The notes beneath the pieces were generated by a model. That model saw only the letters and a list, made by a program, of their open reading frames with translations, searched no databases and was not told the origin of the DNA. The position numbers and the translations under genes were made by a program. A stretch of 64,000 bases of DNA, taken from Anaerolineales bacterium. GTDB taxonomy: Bacteria; Chloroflexota; Anaerolineae; Anaerolineales; UBA11579. Shown here in pieces: positions 48,249 to 58,216 of the stretch (its first letter is position 1; every line of letters starts with the position of its first letter). The DNA lies in the NCBI GenBank assembly GCA_026129255.1, contig JAHCIJ010000001.1:708965-772964 (forward strand). The letters run 5' to 3'.

Positions 48249-48525
48249 GTCGATTGGTCACTTGGTCGAATCCAAGTGACCAATCGACGCTTCTGAGATG
48301 CGCTCCCGCTCAAACTGCTTCTCACAAGACCAGATTGCCACGCACACAGACCGCGAGCAGCCTGTGGCTCACAACAACAAGTCATTCCGAAGGCGGGTTT
48401 CTGCACTACATGGGAACATAGATCTAGCTAGCCGAGGAATCCTTTAGGCCAAAAAAGTACACTCAATTCTGCATTAATTTGTCCTTCCGAACGAAGTAGG
48501 CCGAAGGCTAGGAATCCTGTTGGCA
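48249..48525. repeat. Family D hairpin directly after treS, followed by family C units
   Basis: GTCGATTGGTCACTTGG-tcgaat-CCAAGTGACCAATCGAC (48249-48288). Family C units lie in 48381-48525 (GTCATTCCGAAGGCGG..., GAGGAATCCTTTAGG, GTCCTTCCGAACGAAG...GGAATCCTGTTGG). Confidence 0.75.
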
Positions 48526-48566
48526 CATCTGCAAGAAAGCACTCCCCCGCTAAGTTTTGTGCTCCC

Positions 48567-49007
48567 CTAACTAGCTTCCCTATCCCCCACCGTCTTCTCC
48601 AACAAGTCTGGCACCTTCGCCCCAATATCCTTAAGCACCTGGCGGTAGATCGGCATGATCTGCTCCTCACTGCCGCGTGCCGTCGCCGGGTCCGGGAAGC
48701 TGAGGTGCCTGCGCCCGCCGGCGGAGCCCAACCAGGTCGGGCAATTCTCATCCGCATCGGCGCACAGCGTCACCACCAGGTCAAAGTGCTCGCCCTGGAA
48801 CACCTCCGGCGATTTTGGCTCGCCCAGATGCACAATGCCCACCTCGGCCAGCGCCTTGGTGGTGTGCGGGTTGATGGCAGTGGCCGGGTTCACGCCGGCG
48901 CTAAAGGCCTGCCAGCCGTCGCCCAGCCGCGCATTCACAATCGCTTCCGCCATCTGCGAGCGGCAGGTGTTGCCTGTGCACAGAAACAGAACTCGTTTGC
49001 GCGGCAT
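48567..49007 (-). CDS. arsC: Low-molecular-weight phosphatase-fold arsenate reductase (thioredoxin-coupled ArsC type)
   Basis: P-loop LCTGNTCRSQMAE (CX5R) plus a downstream Cys pair TLCADADENC spaced like Cys82/Cys89 of Bacillus-type ArsC. Confidence 0.78.
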   Translation of the reverse strand: MPRKRVLFLCTGNTCRSQMAEAIVNARLGDGWQAFSAGVNPATAINPHTTKALAEVGIVHLGEPKSPEVFQGEHFDLVVTLCADADENCPTWLGSAGGRRHLSFPDPATARGSEEQIMPIYRQVLKDIGAKVPDLLEKTVGDREAS

Positions 49008-49021
49008 GTTTCCTCGTGCGC

Positions 49022-49825
49022 TTAGCCGAAGCGCCCGGTGATGTAATCCTCGGTGATCTTCTTCTCTGGCCGCGTGAACATCGTCTTGGTATCGCCGTAC
49101 TCCATCAGCATCCCAGCGCGCTTGCCGTCCTCTGACAGCGAGAAGAACGCCGTGCGGTCAGAGACGCGCGCCGCCTGCTGCATATTGTGCGTCACGATGA
49201 TGATGGTGAACTCTTTGGCCAGGTCGCGCATCAACTCTTCGATACGCAGCGTGGCGATCGGGTCCAGCGCCGAGCACGGCTCGTCCATCAGGATGATGTC
49301 CGGGCGCACGGCGATGGTGCGCGCAATGCACAGGCGCTGCTGCTGGCCGCCAGAGAGCGAGAGGCCGCTCTGGTCCAGCTTGTCTTTGACCTCGTCCCAT
49401 AGCGCGGCGGCCTTGAGGCTGCTGTGCACCAGCTCATCCAGGTTGCCTTTGTGGCCATTGATGCGCGCGCCCCAGGCCACGTTCTCGTACACAGACTTGG
49501 GGAACGGGTTGGGCTTCTGAAACACCATGCCGATGCGGCGGCGCACTTCCACCGGATCCACATCTGGGGCATAGATGTTCTCGCCGCGGAACAGCACTTC
49601 GCCCTTGGTGTTGACGCTGGGGATCAGCTCGTTCATGCGGTTGAAGGCGCGCAGCACTGTGCTCTTGCCACAGCCCGAAGGGCCAATGATGGCAGTGATG
49701 CGGTTGGTCTGGATATCCAGGTTCACATCGCGCACAGCTTGAAAATCGCCGTAGTAAATGCTGAGGTCTTTGGACAGGATCGCCGCCCCATTGAGGCTGG
49801 CGGTAGCTTGAGCAGTGTCAGACAT
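49022..49825 (-). CDS. pstB: Phosphate ABC transporter ATP-binding protein
   Basis: Walker [10 protein letters not shown], signature LSGGQQQRL and Walker B ILMDEP. The PstB-typical C-terminus is ...[10 protein letters not shown]. Confidence 0.93.
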   Translation of the reverse strand: MSDTAQATASLNGAAILSKDLSIYYGDFQAVRDVNLDIQTNRITAIIGPSGCGKSTVLRAFNRMNELIPSVNTKGEVLFRGENIYAPDVDPVEVRRRIGMVFQKPNPFPKSVYENVAWGARINGHKGNLDELVHSSLKAAALWDEVKDKLDQSGLSLSGGQQQRLCIARTIAVRPDIILMDEPCSALDPIATLRIEELMRDLAKEFTIIIVTHNMQQAARVSDRTAFFSLSEDGKRAGMLMEYGDTKTMFTRPEKKITEDYITGRFG

Positions 49826-49828
49826 GCG

Positions 49829-51061
49829 TTATTGGCTCCTGCGATAACGATTACGCAAAATAATGGCCGTGGCGTTCATGGTGAGCAGCAAGCCCAGCAG
49901 CACCAGGCTGGCGCCGCCCGCCAGATTGCGGAACACCGATTGCGGGCGCGCCGTCCACTGATAGATCTGGATCGGCAGCGTGGTGAACTTGGAGAACGGC
50001 CCTTCCGGGTCAACTTGGATAAACGTCGATGCGCCGATCACGATCAGTGGTGCCGTTTCACCGATGGCACGCGAGATGGCCAGGATCGTCCCGGTCATGA
50101 TGCCCGCCATCGCATTGGGCAACACGTGGTGCCACACCGTCTCCCAGCGCGTGGCGCCCAGGCCGTAGCTGGCCTGGCGCAGCGAGCTCGGCACGGCCTT
50201 GATCGCCTCCTGCGCGTTGATAATGATCAGCGGCAGCACCAGCATGCCCAACGTGAGCCCGGCCGAAAGGATGGTGCGCCCGTTGGCCGTGGCCGGGTCG
50301 GTAACGCCAAAGGCGATACCGCTGGTAAACGCACCCAGGGCGCGCACAAAAATAGCCAAGCCGAGAATGCCATAGATGATCGAGGGCACACCCGCTAGAT
50401 TGGTGATGTTGGTCTGGATGATGCGATTGATGAGGTTGTCCGGCGCATACTCCTGCAGGTACACCGCCGCCGCCACCCCCACCGGAAAAGCGAACAACAC
50501 CGCAATGGAGATCGTCCACAGCGAGCCCAGCACGGCGGTGCGCACACCGGCGATCTCAGGATAGCTGGACTGTGGCGCACGCAAGAAGTGCCAGTTGAGC
50601 CAACTGCGGAACTCCAGCCGCGCCTCAGGATACTCCTGCGCCGCCGTCGCACGAACTTCGCCGGCATTGGTCAGGCTCTCATACAGCGACCACTGCGCCA
50701 CAAACTCCGGCGCAACCACGCGCTCGAGAATGAGGTCATACACTTCACCAGCATCGCGCTCCGCAAAGGGCTTATCAAATTCATAGCGCGCCATCAAGCC
50801 CGCAGAGATGTTGGCCTGCAACACTTGGATCAGCGTGTCCTTATCCAATTCTTCCAGCGGTACGCCGTCCACAGCCAATGTGGCCGGGTTCACTTTGTCT
50901 TGCACAGCCACATACCCAAATGAGCCGTTGAGGATGTTGAACAGCAGCGCACACAGTGCCACAACGCCCACCACCAGCGCCACCTGAAATACCACCAGCC
51001 ACACGCGCCCCAGGCGATGGCGGCCCGGCAGGTTGCTGGAGTGCAAATTGTTTGTACTCAC
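49829..51061 (-). CDS. pstA: Phosphate ABC transporter permease PstA (long form with an N-terminal extracytoplasmic domain)
   Basis: EAA-type loop [22 protein letters not shown] start overlaps the pstC stop (GTGA). Confidence 0.88.
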   Translation of the reverse strand: MSTNNLHSSNLPGRHRLGRVWLVVFQVALVVGVVALCALLFNILNGSFGYVAVQDKVNPATLAVDGVPLEELDKDTLIQVLQANISAGLMARYEFDKPFAERDAGEVYDLILERVVAPEFVAQWSLYESLTNAGEVRATAAQEYPEARLEFRSWLNWHFLRAPQSSYPEIAGVRTAVLGSLWTISIAVLFAFPVGVAAAVYLQEYAPDNLINRIIQTNITNLAGVPSIIYGILGLAIFVRALGAFTSGIAFGVTDPATANGRTILSAGLTLGMLVLPLIIINAQEAIKAVPSSLRQASYGLGATRWETVWHHVLPNAMAGIMTGTILAISRAIGETAPLIVIGASTFIQVDPEGPFSKFTTLPIQIYQWTARPQSVFRNLAGGASLVLLGLLLTMNATAIILRNRYRRSQ

Positions 51062-52251
51062 TCGTACACCTCGCGGAAACGGCGCACAATGTATTGACTG
51101 AAGATGTTGAGCACCAGCGTCATCAGGAAAAGCATCAGGCCGATGGCAAAGATGCTGTTGTAATCCAGCGAGTCGTAGCTCAGGTCGCCGCCGCTGATGC
51201 GCACAATGTGCCCGGTCATCGTCTCGGCGGCCTGGAACGGATTGAAGGTGAAGGCTGGCCCGGCGCCAGCGGCCAGCGCCACCACCATCGTCTCGCCAAT
51301 GGCGCGTGAGATGGCGATGATGACCGCCGCGGCAATGCCAGAGAAGGCCGCCGGCAGCACAATGCGCACCGCAGTCTCCAGGCGCGTGGCGCCCAGGCCG
51401 TAGGCGGCCTCGCGCAGCGAGCGCGGCACCGCAGTGAGCGCATCCTCGCTGATCGTGCTGACCAGCGGAAGGATCAGAATACCGATTACGATACCAGCCG
51501 AAGCGGTGTTGTAGATCTGCACCACATCCTGCCCAAAAATAGTGCGCAGCAGCGGCGTCATAAACGTGAGCGCAAAATAGCCGTACACAACCGTCGGCAC
51601 ACCCGCCAGCACCTCAAGCACCGGCTTGAGCGTGTTGCGCGCTTTTGGAGAGGCGTACTCACTTAGATAAATAGCCGTAGCCAGCCCCAGCGGCAGCGCC
51701 ACCAAAATGGCGATGCCGGAGACCATCAGCGTAGCGTTCAGCAATGGCAGCACACCAAACAGCCCAGCGTGCGGGGCCCAGGTGGTGCCTGTGAAAAATT
51801 CGGCCAGGCTGGGGTCGATGCCCTTTTCCAGCACAACGCCTGCAGCATGTGCAGCCGGTAGTGTGTCGTTCACGCCGCGCTCCACAACGTACGCGCCGTT
51901 CTCGATCGTCACCAGACGCACGATCTCTCCGTTGATGCGCAGTAGGTCACCCGGCTGCGCCGGGGTGCCTACGGCGCCTACTTCAATGGCAGTATCAGCA
52001 GGCGAGATGGCGGCGGCGATGGGCTTATTGGTAAGTTGCCACTGTGTGCGGCCAAAGAAGAGCAGGGACTCTTTGCCCAGCTCATAAATAATTCCGGCGG
52101 TAACAAAAATTGAAAGCAACCCGCACAAGAACAGCAAGCTCTGAATAACCAACTCCGTCAGGCGCGGTTTGCGTTTTAGGGAACCGGTTGCAGGGGTACG
52201 AGGGGTAGCCATGGGAACTGGAGTTGTTGCAGGTTGAAAATGGAATTTCAT
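51058..52251 (-). CDS. pstC: Phosphate ABC transporter permease PstC (with an inserted extracytoplasmic segment)
   Basis: [20 protein letters not shown] loop and polytopic character. Confidence 0.88.
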   Translation of the reverse strand: MKFHFQPATTPVPMATPRTPATGSLKRKPRLTELVIQSLLFLCGLLSIFVTAGIIYELGKESLLFFGRTQWQLTNKPIAAAISPADTAIEVGAVGTPAQPGDLLRINGEIVRLVTIENGAYVVERGVNDTLPAAHAAGVVLEKGIDPSLAEFFTGTTWAPHAGLFGVLPLLNATLMVSGIAILVALPLGLATAIYLSEYASPKARNTLKPVLEVLAGVPTVVYGYFALTFMTPLLRTIFGQDVVQIYNTASAGIVIGILILPLVSTISEDALTAVPRSLREAAYGLGATRLETAVRIVLPAAFSGIAAAVIIAISRAIGETMVVALAAGAGPAFTFNPFQAAETMTGHIVRISGGDLSYDSLDYNSIFAIGLMLFLMTLVLNIFSQYIVRRFREVYE

Positions 52252-52337
52252 TATAACTGTCCCAACTCAGGCGATTGGGGCGGCCAGCAAAAATGCCTGG
52301 CCGCCCCGATCAGAAGGAGAAGCGCACCTAGCCTGAG

Positions 52338-53342
52338 CTAATTGCCAGTTGCAGCGTCAAACGCTTCGCGGGCAGCCTGCAACGCAGCATCGCTGGCCGG
52401 GAAGTAACCTACGTCTACGATCTCTTCGTTCACATAGGTGAGGTAGAAGTGCAGGAAGGCAGCCACCTGCGGCTTGGCAGCCAGGACGTCTGCAGTGGTG
52501 TACAGGAACAACGGGCGAGCCAAACCGTAGCTGCCATCTTCCACCGTAACGTCATTGGCCTCAACGCCGTCCAGGCTCAAGATACGCAGCGTGCTGGCGT
52601 TCTCAGCGTAGTAGGCGTAGCCAAAGTAGCCAATGGCATACTGGCTGCCCTGGATACCTTGCACCAGCACGTTATCATCTTCGCTGCGCTGCGTGTTGCC
52701 AGCCGCCAGCGTTACCGTGGGGTCAGTGGCGTACACGTGCTCAACAAAGTAGTCAAAGGTGCCAGAGTCGGTGCCGGGCACAAAGCGCTGGATCGGCTCG
52801 TTGGGCCACTCGGGGCGCACGTCAGACCAGTTGGTGGCCTCGCCAAAGATGAGGGCCAACTCTTCGGTGCTCACATCGGTGATGAAGTCATTGGCCTGGC
52901 TCACCACAATGGAGAGCGCATCGGTGCCGACACGGAACTCGATCGGGTCACGGCCGATGGACTGGCAGGAAGCGATCTCAGACTCGCGGATGCGGCGGCT
53001 GGAGTTGGCAACATCAGTGTCACCGGCCACGCAGAAGCGCTCGATGCCGGCACCAGAGCCGATGCTGTCGATCGTGATGCCGCCGCTGAAGCCTTCATCG
53101 CTGAAGCGCTCAGCCATGCGCTCAGACAGCGGGAACACGGTGGAGCTGCCAGCGGTGATGATGTCACCCGAAACAGCCAGCGGGCTGTAGGGATCCAACG
53201 TGGGGGCTGCGGTGGGTTGAGCCGGTGCAGAGGTGGGCTGGGCCGGAGCCTGGGTGGCAACCGGCGCGGGGGCGCCACAGGCGGCCAGCAGGACGCCGGC
53301 GATCACCAGCGCGGACAGGCCAAGGTACAGCTTGCGATTCAT
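52338..53342 (-). CDS. pstS: Phosphate-binding lipoprotein PstS
   Basis: Lipoprotein signal VLLAACG, a Pro/Ala/Thr linker, then AGSSTVFPL and the GSGAG phosphate-binding motifs. I chose the start at ATG 53342, with AAGGAGG 8 nt upstream. Confidence 0.88.
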   Translation of the reverse strand: MNRKLYLGLSALVIAGVLLAACGAPAPVATQAPAQPTSAPAQPTAAPTLDPYSPLAVSGDIITAGSSTVFPLSERMAERFSDEGFSGGITIDSIGSGAGIERFCVAGDTDVANSSRRIRESEIASCQSIGRDPIEFRVGTDALSIVVSQANDFITDVSTEELALIFGEATNWSDVRPEWPNEPIQRFVPGTDSGTFDYFVEHVYATDPTVTLAAGNTQRSEDDNVLVQGIQGSQYAIGYFGYAYYAENASTLRILSLDGVEANDVTVEDGSYGLARPLFLYTTADVLAAKPQVAAFLHFYLTYVNEEIVDVGYFPASDAALQAAREAFDAATGN

Positions 53343-53449
53343 AGAGAGTTCCTCCTTAGGGAACATAGAAAGGGTTTTGAACACGTGGGCATGGTATCAA
53401 CCTAGCGTTAAGCCCCCCGCGGCAGCATGTTATGGGATTGTTAAGAGAG

Positions 53450-53578
53450 TCAGTGAGGAGTGAATAGTAAAGAGTGAGCAGGGACTGTTGACTGCTGACT
53501 GCTGATTGCTGATTGCTGATTAACAGATTACCGATTAGTCGTACCCCCCTGCTCACTAATCACTGCTCACTAATCACT
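53450..53578. repeat. Family E repeats including six tandem heptamers; the repeat runs into the last codons of the kinase gene
   Basis: Tandem heptamers GACTGTT GACTGCT GACTGCT GATTGCT GATTGCT GATTAAC span 53483-53524. CTGCTCACTAATCACTGCTCACTAATCAC spans 53550-53578 and overlaps the stop and C-terminus (..RVISEQ) of the kinase ORF. Confidence 0.8.
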
Positions 53579-54825
53579 CTCTTCAGTGTAAAGAAGAACC
53601 GGCTGCCCTCGCCCTGCACGCTGCTGACACCGATGTGCCCGCCATGCAACTCAACCACATGGCGGGCGATCGCCAACCCCAGCCCCGTGCCGCTGCGGTT
53701 GCGCGCCGGGTCGGTCTTGTAGAAGCGTTCAAAGATACGCGCCTGGTCCTCGGGGGCGATGCCGATACCTGTATCCTGCACCGCAAATTCCACCAGGCCG
53801 TCTCTGGCCAGCGCGCTCACCACGATGCGGCCGCCATGCGGCGTGAACTTGGTGGCGTTGTGGATCAAGTTGACCAGCACCTGCTCAATGCGCGGCGCAT
53901 CGGCTAGCACGGTGGGCAAATCCTGCGGGCACTCCACGGCCAGCTGCAGCCCGGCGCGCTCGGCTTGCAGACGCAGCCGCCCAGCGGCAGCCTGCAGCAG
54001 CGCACACGGATCGCTGGCCGCCAGCACGAGCTCAACGTTCTGTGACTCCGTGCGCGCCAGCTCCAGCAACTCGGTCACCAGCGTGGACAAGGCGTCTACC
54101 TCAGTTTCCATCAGCTTCAGAAAGCGATCGGCGGCATCCGGCTCATGGATGGCGCCACCGCGCAAACTTTCGGTAAGCAGGCGCAGCGAGGTCAGCGGCG
54201 TGCGCAGCTCGTGCGACACATTGCTGACAAAATCCTTGCGCACCGTTTCCAAGCGATGCAGCTCGGTCACATCCACAAAGGCCATCACGCTGTAGCCGCG
54301 CAGTTCGCCACCGAGCGGCTGCACGCTGGCGCGCAGCGTGCGTTTGCTCTGCGGCACCTCGGCCACCAGCACCTGTACCGCCCCACTGCGTACAGCCTTC
54401 TGCCACATCTCAATAAACTGATACTGGCGCAGCAAGTGCGATAGAGTCTCGGCCTGCTGTTCATCTTCACTGAGCGCAAAGAGGCTTTGCATGCGCACGT
54501 TGCTCAGCATCACGGCGCCATCATCACGCACCAGCACGATGCCCGCCGGGCTGCCATCCAACACGGCATGCAAATAGGCACGCTGCTGGCGCAGTTCGGG
54601 CGTCTCTTGGGCGCGTGTTTCAAAGTCGTGAGCAGGCTGTGGGATCCACGCCAGCACGCAGGCCGCCAGCGCGCTCAACAGCGTCACAAAAAGAAAAGCG
54701 CGGTTGAGCGCCAGCACCTGTTCTGGCTCAACCACTAACGGGCTAATTTGCAAATAAAGAACAACCAGGAGCGCAGCAAAGACGGCCAACGCAGCCAGCA
54801 AGCGGCCTGGGCGTATGCCGCGCAT
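53560..54825 (-). CDS. phoR: Sensor histidine kinase, PhoR-like
   Basis: N-terminal TM helices and a PAS-like segment. HisKA H-box FVSNVSHELRTPLTSL. HATPase N/G boxes (NLIHNATKFTP, DTGIGI, GTGLGLAI). It sits in an operon with a phoB-like gene next to pstSCAB. Confidence 0.8.
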   Translation of the reverse strand: MRGIRPGRLLAALAVFAALLVVLYLQISPLVVEPEQVLALNRAFLFVTLLSALAACVLAWIPQPAHDFETRAQETPELRQQRAYLHAVLDGSPAGIVLVRDDGAVMLSNVRMQSLFALSEDEQQAETLSHLLRQYQFIEMWQKAVRSGAVQVLVAEVPQSKRTLRASVQPLGGELRGYSVMAFVDVTELHRLETVRKDFVSNVSHELRTPLTSLRLLTESLRGGAIHEPDAADRFLKLMETEVDALSTLVTELLELARTESQNVELVLAASDPCALLQAAAGRLRLQAERAGLQLAVECPQDLPTVLADAPRIEQVLVNLIHNATKFTPHGGRIVVSALARDGLVEFAVQDTGIGIAPEDQARIFERFYKTDPARNRSGTGLGLAIARHVVELHGGHIGVSSVQGEGSRFFFTLKRVISEQ

Positions 54826-54827
54826 AG

Positions 54828-55523
54828 CTAACCCTCGAAGCGGTAGCCCACGCCGCGCACAGTAATGATGCGCTGCGGGTTCTCCGCGTCGGCCTCAATG
54901 CGTGAGCGCAGCCAGCGCACGTGAACGTCTACGGTGCGGCTGCCACCAGAAAATTCCCAATCCCACACCTGCTCCAGCAGCTGCTCACGCGTGTAGGCGC
55001 GGCCGCGGTTTTGCATCAGGAACAGGAGCAGCTCGTATTCTTTGGGCTTGAGATCAAGCACGCTACCGTCCAGCGTGACCTCGTGGCGCGTCGTGTCGAT
55101 CACCAGGTTGCCGCTGGTCAGCGTTTCGCTGGCGGCAGGCTTGGCTCCGCTGTGCTCCATCTCGACCCGGCGCAGCATGGCTTTGACACGCGCCAGCAGC
55201 TCGCGCATCGAGAAGGGCTTGGTCAGGTAATCATCCGCACCCAGCTCCAGGCCAAGCACACGATCAATCTCATCATCGCGCGCCGTGAGCATCAGAATGG
55301 GCACGTTGTTATCTTTGCGCAGAGCACGCGTGACTTCAAAGCCATCCATGCCCGGCAGCATCAGATCCAGGATCACGACATCCGGCGTGCTCTTGCGCAC
55401 GGCGGCCAGGGCCGCGGCGCCATCCGCCACCGAGTCCACTTGGTAGCCTTCGCGCCCCAGGTTATAGCTCAGCGCTTCGCGGATGGCGGCGTCGTCTTCA
55501 ACGACCAGCACTTTGTGCGGCAT
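54828..55523 (-). CDS. phoB: OmpR/PhoB family response regulator
   Basis: Receiver domain KVLVVEDD...[14 protein letters not shown] and a winged-helix C-terminus ([15 protein letters not shown]...[10 protein letters not shown]). I chose the start at ATG 55523. Confidence 0.88.
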   Translation of the reverse strand: MPHKVLVVEDDAAIREALSYNLGREGYQVDSVADGAAALAAVRKSTPDVVILDLMLPGMDGFEVTRALRKDNNVPILMLTARDDEIDRVLGLELGADDYLTKPFSMRELLARVKAMLRRVEMEHSGAKPAASETLTSGNLVIDTTRHEVTLDGSVLDLKPKEYELLLFLMQNRGRAYTREQLLEQVWDWEFSGGSRTVDVHVRWLRSRIEADAENPQRIITVRGVGYRFEG

Positions 55524-55926
55524 GCAGTTTCTCCCATGCACCCACCCAGGGCGTTCCCAGGCGGTGCTTTACCGGCACATCCACACCTTGCAAGCGCTGC
55601 GCCAGGCTGGCAATGCTCTCGGCGATGGCGCCCATGTCATCTTCCAGCAGCGCGGCGCGCAACTTCTTGGCGGTGGGCTCCGTCCAGCCCCAATCCATGC
55701 GGAAGCGGTCAGCTTTCACCCAGTAGCCGCGCTTCTCCCACGGGCCTACGCTGCGCTCCACACTCTGCGTCACACCGTCGAGCGCAAAGACCATGAAGGC
55801 GGCCAAATCACGCGCCTGACCGTCAAAGCCTTGCTTGGCGATCAGTTCACGCATGGCGATCGCCATGGCCTTCATCAGACGCGTACGATCCGTGGCAAGA
55901 TTTTCTGTTTTGATAACACGAGACAT
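55498..55926 (-). CDS. Hypothetical protein at the head of the phoB-phoR unit
   Basis: 142-aa ORF with host-like composition. Its 3' end overlaps the phoB start by about 26 nt. I recognise no motif, and it is not PhoU-like by eye. Confidence 0.5.
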   Translation of the reverse strand: MSRVIKTENLATDRTRLMKAMAIAMRELIAKQGFDGQARDLAAFMVFALDGVTQSVERSVGPWEKRGYWVKADRFRMDWGWTEPTAKKLRAALLEDDMGAIAESIASLAQRLQGVDVPVKHRLGTPWVGAWEKLHAAQSAGR

Positions 55927-55949
55927 GTTGGCAATAATAATGCACCAAA

Positions 55950-56014
55950 GACCAATCGACTAATCAACTAGGCGACTGGTCTCCTAGTCGACTAGTCGCC
56001 TGGTCAATTGGTCG
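55950..56014. repeat. Family D repeats (GACCAATCGAC / GACTAGTCGAC type)
   Basis: GACCAATCGACTAATCAACTAGGCGACTGGTCTCCTAGTCGACTAGTCGCCTGGTCAATTGGTCGG. Confidence 0.75.
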
Positions 56015-56035
56015 GCAAGCAAGTCTTGCTATAAT
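56008..56035 (+). promoter_or_regulatory. Putative promoter for tRNA-Leu
   Basis: TTGGTC (56008-56013), a 16-nt spacer, then TATAAT (56030-56035). This ends 9 nt before the tRNA 5' end. Confidence 0.4.
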
Positions 56036-56044
56036 TGCATCCTC

Positions 56045-56126
56045 GGGGAAGTGTTGGAATTGGCAGACAAGCATGACTTAGGATCATGTGCCGCAAGGCG
56101 TGAGGGTTCGACTCCCTCCTTCCCCA
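56045..56126 (+). tRNA. tRNA-Leu (anticodon TAG), type II with a long variable arm; CCA not encoded
   Basis: Hand fold: acceptor GGGGAAG/CTTCCCC, anticodon arm CATGA-CTTAGGA-TCATG, variable arm TGCCGCAAGGCGT, T arm GAGGG-TTCGACT-CCCTC, discriminator A followed by CCT. Confidence 0.9.
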
Positions 56127-56138
56127 CCTGGACACGCC

Positions 56139-56537
56139 ATGATCGCTAAAGAAATTACCGCCTACAACAACGCGCAGGCTGCGGCCAACAAAGCCATCTG
56201 CCGCGCCCTGGCGACCGAGATCGATGCCGCCCTGCCCAAGGCCGAGAACAAGGTCTGGCACGGCGGCCCGGTGTGGTTCCTGGATGGCAATCCCATCGTG
56301 GGCTTCTGGGTGCGCAAGCACGGTGTGCAACTCATGTTCTGGAGCGGCCAATCGTTCGATGAGCCCGGCCTCGCCAGCAATTCAGAGAAGTTCAAGAGCG
56401 CCGTAGCCCGGTACGAGAGCAAAGACGACATCAACCTCAAAGACCTCAAGCGCTGGCTGCGTAAGTCCAAAACCATTCAGTGGGATTACAAGAACATCGT
56501 CAAGCGTAAGGGTAAGTTGTTACGTCTTAAGCCGTGA
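56139..56537 (+). CDS. DUF1801 (YdhG-like) domain protein
   Basis: 132 aa. The pattern KVWHGGPVWFLDGNPIVGFWVRKHGVQLMFWSG fits DUF1801. I chose the start at ATG 56139, because the ORF-track start 56088 lies inside the tRNA. Confidence 0.65.
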   Translation: MIAKEITAYNNAQAAANKAICRALATEIDAALPKAENKVWHGGPVWFLDGNPIVGFWVRKHGVQLMFWSGQSFDEPGLASNSEKFKSAVARYESKDDINLKDLKRWLRKSKTIQWDYKNIVKRKGKLLRLKP

Positions 56538-56617
56538 ACGGTAAGAGTGATGGGTAGTGGGTCGACTAGTCAGCTGGTCGATTAGTTGACTAGTCGACCA
56601 GCTGACTAAGCGACTAG
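56535..56617. repeat. Family E/D repeats with a palindromic core
   Basis: TGAACGGTAAGAGTGATGGGTAGTGG, followed by TAGTCAGCTGGTCGA-ttagttgac-TAGTCGACCAGCTGACTA. Confidence 0.75.
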
Positions 56618-56728
56618 TGAATTCCTCACTCCTTGCTGGTTTTTGCTTACACTCCTCTGATAGTCGCCCCAAACCCTACATGCTATAATCTCGCCCGTTC
56701 GTTCTATATTCTTTAAGGAAGCACACTC

Positions 56729-58216
56729 TTGAAAATCAATAGCCAAACCACCTCTGAGGATCATCAACTGCTGCTCACGGTTGAGATCGAGGCCGATGTT
56801 ATGGAAGGCGCCAAGCAGAAAGCGGCGCGCAAGATCGCCAAGCAGGTCAAGATCCCTGGCTTCCGCCCCGGCAAAGCCCCCTACAACATTGTTGAGAAGC
56901 AGGTGGGTCTGCAGGCCATCAAAGACGAAGCCATCGACATCATGCTGGATGATGTCTACCCTAAGCTGATCGAAGAAGCTGGCGTGAAGCCCTACGGCCC
57001 TGGCACGCTGGAGAAGATCGACGAGGAAGCCAATCCGCCGGTCTACCAGTTCCGCGTTCCGCTCACCCCCGAAGTAAAACTGGGTGACTACGATAAGATC
57101 CGTATCCCCTTTGAAGAGAAGCAACCTGGCGAAGAGGACATTCAGCAGGTCTTCACCAATCTGCGTGAGCAGAACGCCGTGCTCAGCCCGGCCGAGCGCC
57201 CCGCGCAGGAGGGCGACATCGTGTACATCCTGCTCAAGGCCTTGCGCCGCGAGGCCAAAGACGGCGACAGCGAGCTGCTACCCGAGCGCAGCTACCCCGT
57301 GGTGGTCGAGAAGGCCGATGTGGACGGCAAGAACGAGTGGCCCTTCCCCGGTTTCTCACGCACACTGATCGGCCTCAAGCCCGGCGAGGACAAGAGCTTC
57401 CCGCACACCTTTGCAGACGACTCCAAGTTTGAGGAGCTGCGCGGCCAAACCGCCGACTTCACCCTCAAGGTGGAAGAGATCAAAGCCCGCGAGCTGCCCG
57501 AGTTGGACGACGCGCTGGCTCAAAGCCTGGGCGAATACAAAAACGTAGACGAGCTGCGCACCGAGATCGTGCGCCAGCTCACAGAGAACCTGAACCGCCA
57601 GGCGCGTGATGAGTACCAGGACAAGATCGTCACGCAAATGATCGGTGAGAGCGAGATCAAGTTCCCGCCGCAGATGCTGCACCACGAAGTGCACCACTAC
57701 ATCGAGGACATAGAGCCAGATCTGCAGTCACGCGGCCTCGATATGGAAAGCTATCTTGGCAGCCGCCAAATGACGATGGACGATCTCGAGAAGGAAGTCG
57801 AGCCCATCGTCGAAGAGCGTCTGAAGAAGTCGTTGGTCATTATGGAAGCCTCGCGCAGCGAGAACATCGAGGTGCCTGAGAATGAAATGCAGGGCATCGT
57901 GCAGCTGCAGTTAGCGCAATTGCAGCAAATGGTCTCGGCGCAAGACATGCGCAAGTTCCTCAACAATCGTGACAATGTGCAGAGCCTGGTAAGCCGCACC
58001 ATGAGCGAAGAGATCATCCGCCGCACCCTCGCCCGCCTAGGCGCTATCGCGCAGGGCAAGGGAGAAGAGCACCGTAAAGAATCCGCAGCAGCCAGCGTCA
58101 GTACAGAAGAAGAAGCTGTCGCCGAGGCTGAAGTTGCAACGCAAGCAGAAACCGCTGAGGCCAACGCCGAAACGCAGCCCGCAGCAGACACAGGAAAGGA
58201 AAATGACAATGAATAA
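56729..58216 (+). CDS. tig: Trigger factor with an acidic C-terminal extension
   Basis: Ribosome-binding motif GFRPGKAP near the N-terminus, followed by PPIase-like and C-terminal arm regions. TTG start from the ORF track. The tail is ...EEAVAEAEVATQAETAEANAETQPAADTGKENDNE. Confidence 0.9.
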   Translation: MKINSQTTSEDHQLLLTVEIEADVMEGAKQKAARKIAKQVKIPGFRPGKAPYNIVEKQVGLQAIKDEAIDIMLDDVYPKLIEEAGVKPYGPGTLEKIDEEANPPVYQFRVPLTPEVKLGDYDKIRIPFEEKQPGEEDIQQVFTNLREQNAVLSPAERPAQEGDIVYILLKALRREAKDGDSELLPERSYPVVVEKADVDGKNEWPFPGFSRTLIGLKPGEDKSFPHTFADDSKFEELRGQTADFTLKVEEIKARELPELDDALAQSLGEYKNVDELRTEIVRQLTENLNRQARDEYQDKIVTQMIGESEIKFPPQMLHHEVHHYIEDIEPDLQSRGLDMESYLGSRQMTMDDLEKEVEPIVEERLKKSLVIMEASRSENIEVPENEMQGIVQLQLAQLQQMVSAQDMRKFLNNRDNVQSLVSRTMSEEIIRRTLARLGAIAQGKGEEHRKESAAASVSTEEEAVAEAEVATQAETAEANAETQPAADTGKENDNE

